This document shows, piece by piece, positions 49,981 through 61,751 of a stretch of DNA of 64,000 bases. Under the pieces are notes generated by a model. It was given only the letters and a program-made list of their open reading frames with translations, had not been told where the DNA came from and did no database searches. This stretch comes from Malacoraja senta. Its lineage: Eukaryota. Within the stretch, counting starts at the first letter, position 1; each line of letters starts with the position of its first letter. The DNA is taken from the NCBI GenBank assembly GCA_038087875.1, contig CM075987.1, forward strand, positions 25,484,001-25,548,000, given 5' to 3'. The translations under genes were made by a program, and so were the position numbers.

Positions 49981-51057
49981 GTAGAGACAGGCCCTTCAGC
50001 CTGTCTCTACACTCCATGACACTGTACTGTTCACTTGGCTTCTTATTTTAGTGCCTTTTGTTGCTTAACTGGCAGGAAGATGCCGAACCAGCCCAGACAG
50101 CTTCAGTTTCAGTTTTAGTTTATTGTCACGTGTACCGAGGTGCAGTGAAAAGCTTTTGTTGCGTGCTAACCAGTCAGCGGGATGTTTACAATCGAGCCAT
50201 CCACAGTGTACAGATACACGATAAGGGAATAACGTTTTGTGCAAGGTAAAGTCCGGTAAAGTCCAATCAAACATGATCTGAGGATCTAAGGTAGATAGCA
50301 GTTCAGGACTGCTCTTTAGTTGCAATTTGTAGATTAATTGGCTTCTGTAAATTGTAAATTGTCCCTAGTGTGTAGTAGTATAGTGTTAGTGTACGGGGTG
50401 ATTGCTGGTCGGTACGGACTCGGTGGGCTGGAGGGCCTGTTTCTGCGCTGTATCTCGAAAGAGAGATGCCTTCAACGAAGCATACAAGATGCTGAAGAGG
50501 GCTTGATTGATTAGATCCTGAGGGACTGCTTCGTCAAGTTTGACAGTACAAAGCCAGAGGCTGTGGGGAGAATCAGGATTCCAATGTATGCAAGGCTGAA
50601 TCTGATAGATTTGGGGAACTGAGAGAATTAGAGGACATGATCATTGGGTGCTAAAGTGGATTTGATTCACAGGATCAGGCAGGATGTAATTAAATGTCAG
50701 AAATGTCCTGAGAGGCCGTTTGACCTACTCTCATTTCTATTTCTGAAGTTCTTATGATTTTTAAATTTGTGATTTTTCCCCCAAAAATATGTTCCCAATA
50801 ATTTTTTGCATGTTGGTACATTAAAAATAATTGCATCTGTTTGATCAATTCATTCATCTTTTACTCTTTCATATATCGTATGAATTATATTTACAGTAAA
50901 AAACCTCAAAATATTTTTTGAATTAAATAACAAATTTAGGAATGTCTTTTGAAGATAGTAGAGATGCAAGGTTCAACTCAATTAATTTTAAACACAAACT
51001 ACCATTAGGTATTGGCTTTTGGCCTTTTGATCTGTTTAGCTATTGCTTTCCCTTCAA

Positions 51058-51343
51058 AGCGGTAGAGTTGCTGCCTCCCAGCGCCAGAGACCCGGGTTCC
51101 ATCGTGACTCCGTGTGCTGTCTGTACGGAGTTTGTTCGTTCTCCCCGTGACCTGCGTGGGTTTTCTCCGGGTGCTCCGGATTCCTCCCCACACTCCAAAG
51201 ACGTACAAGTTAGTAGGTTAATTGACTTCGGTAAATTGTAACTTGTCCCTAGTGTGTGTGTAGGATGGGGCTAGTGTGTGGGGATCGCTGGTCGGCAAGG
51301 ACTCGGTGGGCTGCAGGGCCTGCTTCCTGCTAAACTAAACCAA
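51058..51343 (+). mobile_element. V-SINE
   Basis: Consensus match. Confidence 0.8.
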
Positions 51344-52828
51344 AATGGAGTTCAGGAGACATCTTTGCTTGGTAGAAATATCATCCCTTTAGATATCCAC
51401 CATCTCAGTATATCCCTGACAAAGAGTAACTTAGTTGGATAATTTTCTCCCAGCTGTTATCAGGCAACTGAACCATCCTACCACAACCAGAAAACAGTGC
51501 TGAACTCCTATCTACCTCATTGGTGACCCTCAGACTATCCATGATCGGACTTTGCTGGCTTTAACCGTGCACTAAACGTTATTCCCTTATCATGTATCTA
51601 TACACTGTAAACGGCTGGATTGTAATCATGTATTGTCTTTCCGCTGACAGGTCAGCATGCAACAAAAGCCTTTCCCTGTACCTCGGTACACGTGACAATA
51701 AACAAAACTAATGGGTGCTGATATCCAATATTGGATGAAGAGTGCCAGCAGTTCAATGAGAATCCCACACAAGTGATGTTATATCACCATCAAGTCTTTG
51801 GGCGGCACGATGGTGTCGTTAGTAGAATTGTTGCTTCCCTGCTCCAGAGAAAATAATATGGGATTAGTGTGGGTTAAAACTTTTGGCTTTGTAAACATAA
51901 AATGGCTTTGCAAAAGCATAAATCAGCCTCCAGTTCGTAAACAAACCTCTGTCTCTTATCATTGCATGACCCAAATGGCCAGCAAGACTTAGGTATAGTG
52001 TCATATAGTCATACAGCGTGGAAACAGCCCCTTCTTAGTTCAGTTTATAAATTCATATTCGTAAGTACTAGGAGCAGAATTAGGCCATTCGGCCCATCGT
52101 CTACTCCGCCATTCAATCGTGGCTGATCTATCTCTCCATCCTACCCCCACTCTCCTGCCTTCTCCCCATAACCCCTGACACCCGTACTAATCAAGAATCT
52201 ATCTATCTATCTCTGATTTTAAAATATCCATTGACTTGGCCTCCACAGTTTAGTTTAGTTTATTGTCACGTGTACCGAGGTACAGTGAAAAGCTTTTGTT
52301 GCGTGCTATCCAGTCAGCGGAAAGACAATACATGATTACAATCGAGCCATTCACAGTGCACAGATACATGATCTGCCCGACTGGCCACACCAACCAACAT
52401 GCCCCACCTACACTGGGCATTTGACCTGCTGCGTTACTCCAGCACTGTGTGTCATCTCGTGTATTAACCAGCATCTGCAGCATCCTTGGTTCTACACAGT
52501 TATTTCTGTTAATTTATTTATTCACAGGTTATGAAAGTCACCGGCATTTGTTGTTTATCTTCGAACAAAGCAGCCTATTAAGCATTTTCCACAACATGGT
52601 TTGTGGAGCTGCAGTTTACAGTTTAGTTTATTGTCACATGTACCGAGGTACAGCAAAAAGCTTTTGTTGAGCGCTAACCAGTCAGCAGAAAAAGAATGCA
52701 TGATTACAATCGAGCCATTCATATACAGATACATGATAAGCGAATAATGTTTAGGGCAAAGTTAAGCCAGCAAAGTCCGATCAAGGATAGTCCAAGGGTC
52801 ACTAATGAGGTAGATAGTAGTTCAGCAC

Positions 52829-53233
52829 CAAAGACCCTACAGCGAGCAAGATGGTCCACTCGACGAAAAAGACGTAGTACGGTCATGGGCAGATTCGTGG
52901 GTAATTTTTGGCCCCATTTCCGTAACCGGCTTCCGTCTCCGCACCAAAGATCCCGTAGCGGAGCAAAGATACTAGTGCGGGGACGGAAGCCGGTTACGGA
53001 AACATCCTCGAAAAAAAGAAAAGTTCTTTGGGAAAAATCTTCTCCTCATTTTCAGAATTATAATTTATTAACACAAACTGTTCCCCCGCAACGTTGATTA
53101 CACTGCGAGTCAGGTTGGGTCGGGTTACGGAAATGGATGAAAAAAAGGCCCACGTTCCGCTCCGTTGCGTACTACACATCAGCCCATTGCATTTAGAAGG
53201 AGTGGTCTATCTTGCTCCGCTATAGGATCTTTG
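52829..53233. mobile_element. Non-autonomous TIR DNA transposon with 8-bp TSD (P-like termini; hAT not excluded)
   Basis: About 33-bp imperfect TIRs CAAAGA(C/T)CCTA(C/T)AGCG(G)AGCAAGAT...CCACTC; perfect TSD TTCAGCAC at 52821-52828 and 53234-53241; interrupts a Rex1-like 3'UTR (52615-53310). Confidence 0.85.
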
Positions 53234-53334
53234 TTCAGCACTGCTCTCTGGTTGGGGTAGGATGGTTCAGTTGCCTGATAACAGCTGGGAAGAAACTGTC
53301 CCTGAATCTGGAAGGATAGAGCAGGTCACCACAG

Positions 53335-53520
53335 CAAATGTCCTTCCCTGTACAACATCTGTGAGCCGGATGGATACATTAGTGCTACGAGTTGTTTAAT
53401 TCCTGATTTATTTAACTATTTGACTTTAAGTTCCCTCGCTGCCATGCTGGGATTCCAATCAATGTCACCGAGTCGATAATCTTGCCTCCAGATACCACTC
53501 ACGCAGTAAGTTTACCATTG
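53335..53520. repeat. Highly diverged ancient interspersed repeat (SINE/L2-like remnant)
   Basis: Resembles from memory a chondrichthyan repeat (CCTTCCCT..ACATCTGTGAGCCGGATGG..TTTAATTCCTGATTTATT..GCTGCCATGCTGGGATT); not verifiable here. Confidence 0.35.
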
Positions 53521-55390
53521 AGTTGGAACAGTACGAAGCAGAACACAAATATGGAATAAAATCACAGAGCACTCAAGTGATTTGGAATTAAATAAAGCAT
53601 AGAAATGAGCAAGGATTTCAGGCAGCTGGATTTTTTAATTAGATTTTTGGATAACATTTGTATTCAGAATTGTTCTGTTCTGAACAATTTAATCTCCTTT
53701 CTGCAGGTACAACGTTAATTCCATTTGCACAAAATTACTGTTTGATGCTGGAGAATTTGTTTCACCGTTAAAAGATTAAATATACTAGTTTACGTTTTTT
53801 GCATATCTTTCATTCATTTGTTCCCTATCTCTCTGTATCTCTCATTTCCCTCTCAGTCTGGAGAAGGGTCCCCTGTTCTTTTTCATCAGAGATGCTGTCT
53901 GACCCGCTGAGTTACTCCAGCTGTGTGTGTGTCTATCTACTAGTTTAGTTTAGAGATGCAGCAAACACGTCCACTGAGTCGGCGCTGACCAGTGCTCCCC
54001 GTACACTGGCCTATCTACTACCCCACACACACACACTAGGGACAATTTACAATCTTTACTGAAGCCAATTAACCTACAAATGTGTACGTCTTTGGAGAGT
54101 GGGAGGAAACCGGAGCACCCGGGGAAAACTCACGCAGGCCTCAGGGAGAATGCACATACTATGTACAGACAGCACCCGTGGTCAGGATCGAACCCGGGTC
54201 TCTAAGGCAGCAACTAACTTTTTTTGCCGGCCCATTAAGTCTACTCCTTGTAAGTGCTGAAACTTTCTCAATGAGATGGTGTGTAGAACAGCTTGTGAAA
54301 GAACAGAACAAGTCCGAGAGTATTTACATGCATATGTGTGATTATCAGAAATTATTAATTAATTTGCCTTCTAATAATAGTCACTGCTGGAACTGCTGTA
54401 AAAATTCAGCCCAATATCTTTTTCCTTCATTTACTGCTTAGTTTAGTTTAGAGATGCAGCACGGCAACAGGCCCTTCGGCCCACCGACTCTGCGATCCCC
54501 ATACACCAACACTACCCTACACACACTAGGGACAATTTACATTTTTACCAAGCCAATTAACCTACAAACCTGTACGTCTTTGGAGCATGGGATGAAAACG
54601 GACATCTCATGGATACATGGATTTACTGCACATGGATAGGGCAGGTTTGGAGAGGTATGGACCAAACGTAGGCAGGTGTGACTATTGCAGCTGGGACATG
54701 TTGGCAGGTGTGGGCAAGTTGGGCCAAAGGGCCTGTTTCCACACCATATCATTTTATGACTATCTTGGAGAAAACCCACACAGGTACGGGCAGAATGACA
54801 GAACGGACAAGTCAGGATCGAACCCGGGTATCTGGCGCTGTAAGGCAGCAGCTCTACCGCTGCGACACTAATATCTTTCTCCTTCATTTACTGTGTAATG
54901 GAATAATCCATCATATACCACGGTGCAGGTATTCAGCTAAAAATCAGGCATCTACTGCAGAACCTCAGTTAAATGTTTCCACTATATACCAAAAATCATT
55001 TTGCCATTCATTACAATACCTCAAAGGGCATGGCTATATTGGGCTTTATTATTTTAATCTTCAGGGGAATGTACTTTGTTATACCAGGTATATCATTTTC
55101 AAAGTGTGCATTTAAAACACATTTTTCATTTCACTGTTCTTTTGTTAATCAGGGTCATTATTTTAGTTCAGAGGGCAGTTTAATCCATATTACATTCAAC
55201 TCCACTCTTTTAGTTCCTGTCAATTGAAATTGGATTAAAATATGAATCATTGAAGTTAAAAATGAAATGGTATGGGGTTCACGGTGACACTCTTATCTGA
55301 GGTGGGCAGAATAAATGTGTTTCGTTTTTTTTTAAGTTTAGAGATACAGCGTGGAAACAGGCCCTTCGGCCCACCGAGTCCGCACCGGTC

Positions 55391-55574
55391 ACCGAAAAAG
55401 CCGCAGCGTGACGCGGCGTGATGACGTATTGACGCGCGGTGTTTCCTCAAGTGTCGCAACATTATTTTTGTCGCCGCTGGATTTTGAAATGTTCAAAATC
55501 TTTCACCGACCCTGATACGGCAGTCAATGAGACCGGCAGTCACTTAAAAACAATCGGCAAGTGGGACAGGCCCT
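55391..55574. mobile_element. One-ended Harbinger-type MITE fragment related to family A
   Basis: Right TIR AAGTGGGACAGGCCC; shares GCTGGATTTTGAAATGTTCA with the copy near 1706. Confidence 0.65.
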
Positions 55575-55614
55575 TCAGTGGGGCAGGCAGCACCTCCGGA
55601 GAGAAGGAATGGGT

Positions 55615-55642
55615 GACGTTTCAGGTCGAGACCTTTCTTCAG
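55615..55642 (-). ncRNA. Hammerhead-like core with an A-U variant at the base of stem II
   Basis: Reverse complement is GGT-CTGAAGA-A-AGGT(CTCG)ACCT-GAAACGTC-ACC. Confidence 0.55.
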
Positions 55643-56794
55643 ACCGATCTTGTTACCGGTCCATGATTAAAGGAAAGGATGTTAATGGTATCATGAGAGT
55701 GAAATTAGGATGTTCTTTTAGGAAGGAGAGGAGGAGGAATTCCTTTAGTCAACATGGTGGTGAATCTGTGGAATTCTTTGTCACAGATAGTTGTGGAGGC
55801 CAAGTCAGTGGATATGTTTAAGGCAGAGATAGATAGATTCTTGACTAGTATGGGTGTCAGGGGCTATAAGAAGAAGGCAGGAGAATGGGGCTGGGAGGGA
55901 GAGATAGATCAGCCATGATTGAATGGTGGAATAGACTTGATGGGCCAAATGACCTAATTCTGCTCCTATCACTTATGACCTATGACCTTAAATGTAAATT
56001 GATTGAATGAACATTTTTTAATTTCCTTAATGCATTTTTATTCTGTATAATTTAGCCTAATTCTTTTTTCTTATTACTCAATAATAATAATAATAGATTG
56101 TATTCATGGGCGCCTTTCACAAAGTCTCAAGGACACCTTACAAAGTTTAACAATTGCAATTCTATTGGTTCTATTTTTATTTATGTTTGAAGATGCAACA
56201 AAAATCTTGGCCATATTGAATAAATTACACTATTTTTATGTTTTCTCGGTTGAATTTCAGGAAAAGCATCACTGTTCTGTATTTTTTGGATGTTGAGATA
56301 TATATAGCTTAATCCCTCATAGCAATGAACAGAAAAGAGTTAAATTACTACATAACTAACCTTGCGTTAGACTCCCCCAAAGTCACAGCAATAACAATGC
56401 GTGCAATAAATCAAGTATTCATCTCTGCAAATAATTATGTTGACATTATTGGGATTTGTGCGGTAATTGAAGAATGGGCTTCTCGCAAAACAGTCATTTC
56501 ATCCCGCTGTTCTATTGAGGTTCATAGGCCGCTCAATGTCCATCTCTCAGCTTCATAGCGTCAACAGAATTACTGCCTTGAAGCCGGCTGCCAGACAGAT
56601 ATTGCCTGACACGTGTCTCGCGAGGGAAAGCTGTAGAGCTTCCAATTTTTTGTTTATACATGGACACAAAATGCTGGAGTAACTCAGCGGGTCAGGCAGC
56701 ATCTCTGGAGAAAAGGAATGGGTGACGTTTCGGATCGAGACCCTTCTTCAGACTGAATTTCTGAAATTGATTCTACGAAACGATACGAAACACT

Positions 56795-57095
56795 AGACTT
56801 TATTTATCCCAGGAGGGATATTGGTCTGCCAATAGTCATAAAATACAAGATACGTGAAACTGGAATATAAAGTGATGAGTGGAAAGGATTGGGGATGTGC
56901 AAAGATTGGGGAGGGGGGGGGGTAGGGGGAAGGGGAGTCAGTCTACCCCACGACAGAAGGGGGAGGGGTTGTACAGTTTGATAGCCATAGTGAAGCAGGA
57001 TCTCCTGTGGCGTTCTGTGCTGCATCTTGGTGGAACCAGTCTGTTGCTGAAGGTGCTCCTCAGGTTGACCAGTGTGTCACGGAGATCAGCTGTAT
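56795..57095 (-). mobile_element. Rex1-like LINE 3' fragment
   Basis: Minus strand DTLVNLRSTFSNRLVPPRCSTERHRRSCFTMAIKLYN; related to 16640-16790 (+). Confidence 0.7.
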
Positions 57096-57099
57096 TAGA

Positions 57100-57470
57100 T
57101 AACAATAGACATTAGGTGCAGGAGTAGGCCATTCGGCCCTTTCAGCCAGCACCGCCATTCAATGTGATCATGGCTGATCATCCCCAATCAGTACCCCGTT
57201 TCTGCCTTCTCCCCATATCCCCTGACTCCACTATCTTTAAGAGCCCAATCTAGCTCTCTCTTGAAAGCATCCAGAGAACTGGCCTCCACCGCCCTCTGAG
57301 GTAGAGAATTCCACAGACTCACAACTCTCTGTGTGAAAAAGTGTTTCCTCATCTCTGTTCTAAATGACTTACCCCTTATCCTTAAACTGTGGCCCCTGGT
57401 TCTGGACTCCCCCAACATCGGGAACATTTTTCCTGCCTCTAGCGTGTCCAAACCCTTAATAATCTTATAT
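57100..57470 (-). mobile_element. CR1 3' fragment
   Basis: ORF 57188-57451(-), CR1 ORF2 C-terminus. Confidence 0.88.
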
Positions 57471-57818
57471 CATCCAAGATTCCGTTGTACATAATGGTTG
57501 TGATGCTCTTCCTCTGGCTTGATCAACATTTGCTATGATCTGTCGTTTTCACACCTTACCCTTCTATAGTCTCCCTCTCCCCTGACTCTTAGTCTGAAGA
57601 AGGATCTCAACCCAAAACGTCACCCATTCCTTCTCTCCAGAGATACTGCCTGTCCCGCTGAGTTACTCTAGCATTTTGTATCTAACTTTGGTGTAAACCA
57701 GCATCTGCAATTCCTTCCTACACATTCCAATTTTTTATGTTGCCTGTAAAAAAGATGGGGTTACTTTTGGTCATTTCCTCAGCAGGTTTTACTTCTGTAA
57801 ATATTTTATAAATTACTT

Positions 57819-58450
57819 TTACGAGGATGTTGCCAGGACTCGAGGTCCTGAGCTATAGCGAGAGGTTGAGTCGGCTAGAATTCTATTCCTTGGAGCGCAG
57901 AAGGATGTGGGGTGATCTTATAGTGGTGTATAAAATCATGAGAGGAATAGATCGGGTAGATGCACAGAGTCTCTTGCCCAGAGTAGGTGATTCGAGGACC
58001 AGAGGACATAGGTTTAAGGTGAAGAGGAAAAGATTTAATAGGAATCAGAGGGGTAACTTCTTCACACTAAGGGTGATGGGTGTATGGAACAAGCTGCCAG
58101 AGGAGGTAGTTGAGGTTGGGACTATCCCAATGTTTAAAAAACAGTTAGACAGGTACATGGATAGGAAGGTTTGGAGGGATATGGGCCAAACGCAGGCAGT
58201 TGGGACTAGTGTTGATGGGACATGTTGGCTGGTGTGGGTGAGTTGGGCCAAAGGGCCTGTTTCCATGCTGTATCACTCAATGACTAGCTGTCCAAAAGTT
58301 AGATCTAAAAGCTCTTAAAGATAGCGGAGTTAAGGGATATGGGGAGAAGGCAGGAACGGGCTTCTGATTGGGGATGATCAGCCATGATCACATTGAATGG
58401 CAGTGTTGGCTTGAAGGGCCGAATGGCCTACTCCTGCACCTATTGTCTAT
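57819..58450 (+). mobile_element. Two adjacent CR1 3' fragments (57819-58285 and 58310-58450)
   Basis: ORF 57827-58318 LSYSERLSRLEFYSLERRRMWGDLIVVYKI; two distinct 3'UTRs. Confidence 0.88.
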
Positions 58451-58536
58451 CTAGTTCACCCTATGCGAGTCCTCTGTTTCTCATAAAACAAGACAGTTCT
58501 GTGACCGCTAGGAGTTATGTATTCTTCATTTCTGGG

Positions 58537-59034
58537 CAGGGTTGCCAACTTTCTAACTCCTAAATAAGGGACAAAAGGTCAAAATACGGGACAAATTCCC
58601 GATGGCAATTTGTTGACCAACTCGGCCTTGGTTGGGTGAATGATGAGTTGGCCCGGGTGCTGTACTGCACACAAAGCCCAGCCGGCGGGCCAGCTGAAGA
58701 GTATTAGTCCGGCACCCCATCCAACTCATGAACCCATGATCGGCCACGAGGAGGGGTGGTGGTGTCGTCGGTAAGCGAAGGCCCGAAGGTCGGACAGCTG
58801 GCCGGGCCGCTGCCCGACGGGGCCACGGGCGAGGCGCTGCTGCTGCTGCACTCCCTGGGCTGCACTACGTCGGGACGGGTGAGGCGGGGCCGGACGCGGC
58901 GCTCCGACCCGACAGTCCCCCCGACCCGTGTAGTAGCAGTCAAATACGGGACAAGGGCGGTCCCGTACGGGACAAACCAAATTTAGCCCAATATACGGGA
59001 TGTCCCGGCTAATACGGGACAGTTGGCAACCCTA
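58537..59034. mobile_element. Non-autonomous hAT-like element (Tip100-type termini)
   Basis: TIRs CAGGGTTGCCAACT / AGTTGGCAACCCTA; degenerate 8-bp TSD TTTCTGGG / TGGCTGGG; subterminal TACGGGAC repeats at both ends; GC-rich interior. Confidence 0.82.
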
Positions 59035-59523
59035 TGGCTGGGTGTCAGCTCCAGTATTTATAAGCCGTAAGGACCAGGCACGTGCTCCCAGCGCAAACTA
59101 CATCGCTGATGGAGAAACCTGGATTCATTTATTTCCTGACAGTACAAGTAACGTGTTGTACAGCTCCCCCACCGGTACAGAGTAGCTCTCCTTTACAAAT
59201 AACGCGCGACTACTGTGTGATTCATGTACCACATCCAGGTTTAAAGTACATTCCCTGCTTCACATTACTTTAAACAAAGATGTCCCGTCGTGATTTCATT
59301 ATAGCCCAGGATGATTAACATTTAGTTGCTCACTGCTACATCGGACCAGTACCAAGTAACCTGACAATTGTAGTAACATTGCAGACTAACCTCCAGCTTA
59401 TTAGTCGAATGATGCAAGCTGAACGAAGAGAGATGGGTGAAAGAAAGGTCTACTCTACAGCAAGGTGGAAATAAATGATTTTACTTCAGAACTCCACCCC
59501 TCAGTCCCTGGGTATTTATAGAC

Positions 59524-59760
59524 CTACATGCACATGTACAAACACGCATGCATGCACATACGCACACGCATGCACATATGCACACGCATGCACAGACACA
59601 TACGCATACGCATGCACAGACACATACATGCACACGCATGCACAGACACATATGCACACGCATGCACAGACACATACGCACACGCACACACAGACACATA
59701 AGCACACGCATGCACAGACACATACGCACACGCATGCACAGACACATACATGCACACATC
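59524..59760. repeat. CA-rich compound minisatellite (about 24-bp unit CACACGCATGCACAGACACATACG)
   Basis: Visible tandem array; explains the HT/CV-rich ORFs. Confidence 0.92.
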
Positions 59761-59784
59761 TCTACAGGAACACATATATTTAAA

Positions 59785-60060
59785 ATAGAGTCATAGAGTC
59801 TTACAGCTTGGAAACAGTCTCTTTAGCCCAACTTGCCCACACCATCCAACATGTCCCAGCTACACTAGTCCCACCTGCCTGCGCTTGGTCCTTATCCCTC
59901 CAAACCTGTCCTATCCATGTACCTTTCTAAATGTTTCTTAAACGTTGGGATAGTCCCAGCCTCAACTACCTCTTCTGGCAGCTCGTTCCATACACCCACC
60001 ACCCTTTGCGTGAAAAAAATTAACCCTCAGATTCCTGTTAGATCTTTCCCCCCCTTACCT
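59785..60060 (-). mobile_element. CR1 3' fragment, (CTATGACT) tail
   Basis: Same 3'UTR as 13601-13900. Confidence 0.85.
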
Positions 60061-61106
60061 TATCTTCGGATTCATACTTTGAAAGGCTCTTGACATTTTT
60101 TGTCCAATTCAGTTATTGTCTAATTCATGTACAGTGGTGTAGCCTCACAGCCTTGGAGACCCGGGTTCAAACCTCTTGTGCTGTATGTGTGGAGTTTGCA
60201 TGTTTCTCCCTGTGAACATGTGGGTTTCCTCCCCACATCCCAGAGATGTGCAGGTTTGAAGGTTAATTGGCCTTCTGTAGATTGCCCCTAGTTTGTAGGA
60301 ACGGAATAACATAGAACTAGTGTGAATGAGTACACACAAATGCTGGAGTAACTCAGCGGATCAGGCAGCATCTCTGGAGAAAAGGAATAGGTGACAGTTT
60401 TGGGTCAAGACCATTCTTCAGACTCGAAGGCCATCACGGACTCAGTGGGCTGAAGGGCCTGTTTCTATGCTTTATCTCTAAACTGAACTAAAGTCTACCA
60501 TAACAAATATTTGATATAGAGTGTCGAGGAAATCGACATATTTGCACAATTTATATTATTTTTGCAAAACCCTTTCTCCATCTGAAGAGGGAGCCATGTA
60601 CTCGTTGATCTTGAAACATCCATCAAAGTAACAACATCTCTCTCCGCTAAAGGAGCAGAAGTTAAGGAATGAAATGCGTAGGAAGGAACTGCAGGTGCTG
60701 GTTTAAACCGAAGATAGACACAAAATGCTGGAGTAACTCAGCGGGTCAGACAGCATCTGTGGAGAGAAGGAATGGGTGACGTTTCGGGTTGAGACGTTTC
60801 CCTAGTGTGTAGGATAGTGCTAAGTGTATGGGGTGATTGCTGGTTGGCGTGAACCCGGTGGGCCGAAGAGCATGTTTCGACACCGTTTCTCAAAATTCTA
60901 AAGTCGAAACTCAACAAACAAATTCTCCTGATGCAGATTGTACAGTGTAGGATTTAAAATATACCTGGGTCCTAATTGTGCGGCACCTAGATAATTTTAC
61001 AATAACATTGAGCTTCATCCTCTCAAGGATTCTTATAGAGTCATACAGTGCAGAAACAGGCCCTTCGCCCCAACTTGCCTACACCGACCAACAGGTCCCA
61101 ACTAAT

Positions 61107-61134
61107 CTGAAGAAGGGTCTCGACCCGAAACGTC
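61107..61134 (+). ncRNA. Minimal hammerhead ribozyme-like core, consensus-perfect
   Basis: CTGAAGA-A-GGGT(CTCG)ACCC-GAAACGTC. Confidence 0.65.
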
Positions 61135-61149
61135 AACCATTCCTTCTTA

Positions 61150-61446
61150 AGGCCCTGTCCCATGAAGTGAGTTTACCCAAGAGCTCTCCCGTGTTTTAAC
61201 AAAAATCAAACTCGTGGTAAGTACGTAGAATGTACGTAGCGGGTACGTCGGAGCTCGTGGGTGTCTCGTAGCGACTCGTAATGCTAACGGCAGGTACTCG
61301 TGAAACGCGGAAACTCGTGAAGTTTTTTCAACAGTGTGAAAAATTTCCAAGAGTAAAAAAAATACTCGTGATGAAGCACCACGAGTTTGATTTTTTATTA
61401 AACTCGGGAGAGTTCTTGGGTAAACTCACATAGTGGGACAGGGGCT
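61150..61446. mobile_element. PIF/Harbinger-type MITE, family B variant
   Basis: TIRs AGGCCCTGTCCCA..GTGAGTTTACCCAAGA(G/A)CTCTCCCG; TTA TSD at 61147-61149 and 61447-61449; interior homologous to 23542-23862. Confidence 0.86.
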
Positions 61447-61751
61447 TTAGTTTTGAGATACAGCACGGAAACAGGCCCTTCAGCCCATTGGGTCCGCGCT
61501 GACCAGAAATCCCCGCACATTAACACCCACCAGGGACAATTTTTACATTTACCAAGCCAATTAACCTACAAACCTGTACGTCTTTGGAATGTGGGAGGAA
61601 ACCGAAGATCTTGGAGAAAATCCACGCAGGTCACGGGGAGAACGCACAAACTCCGTACAGACAGCACCCGCGTAATCGGGATGGAACCTGGGTCTCTGGT
61701 GCTGCATTCGCTGTAAGGCAGCAACTCTACCGCTGCGCCACCGTGACTGCC
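61447..61751 (-). mobile_element. V-SINE, +9-nt head variant
   Basis: Consensus match. Confidence 0.87.

Noticed and set aside
56905..56970. G-quadruplex-like G runs (also 20603-20616 and 41030-41070)
   Set aside because: Homopolymer expansions inside TE UTRs; no evidence of function and prone to assembly error
59475..59796. His/Thr-rich and Cys/Val-rich ORFs
   Set aside because: Artefacts of the CA minisatellite
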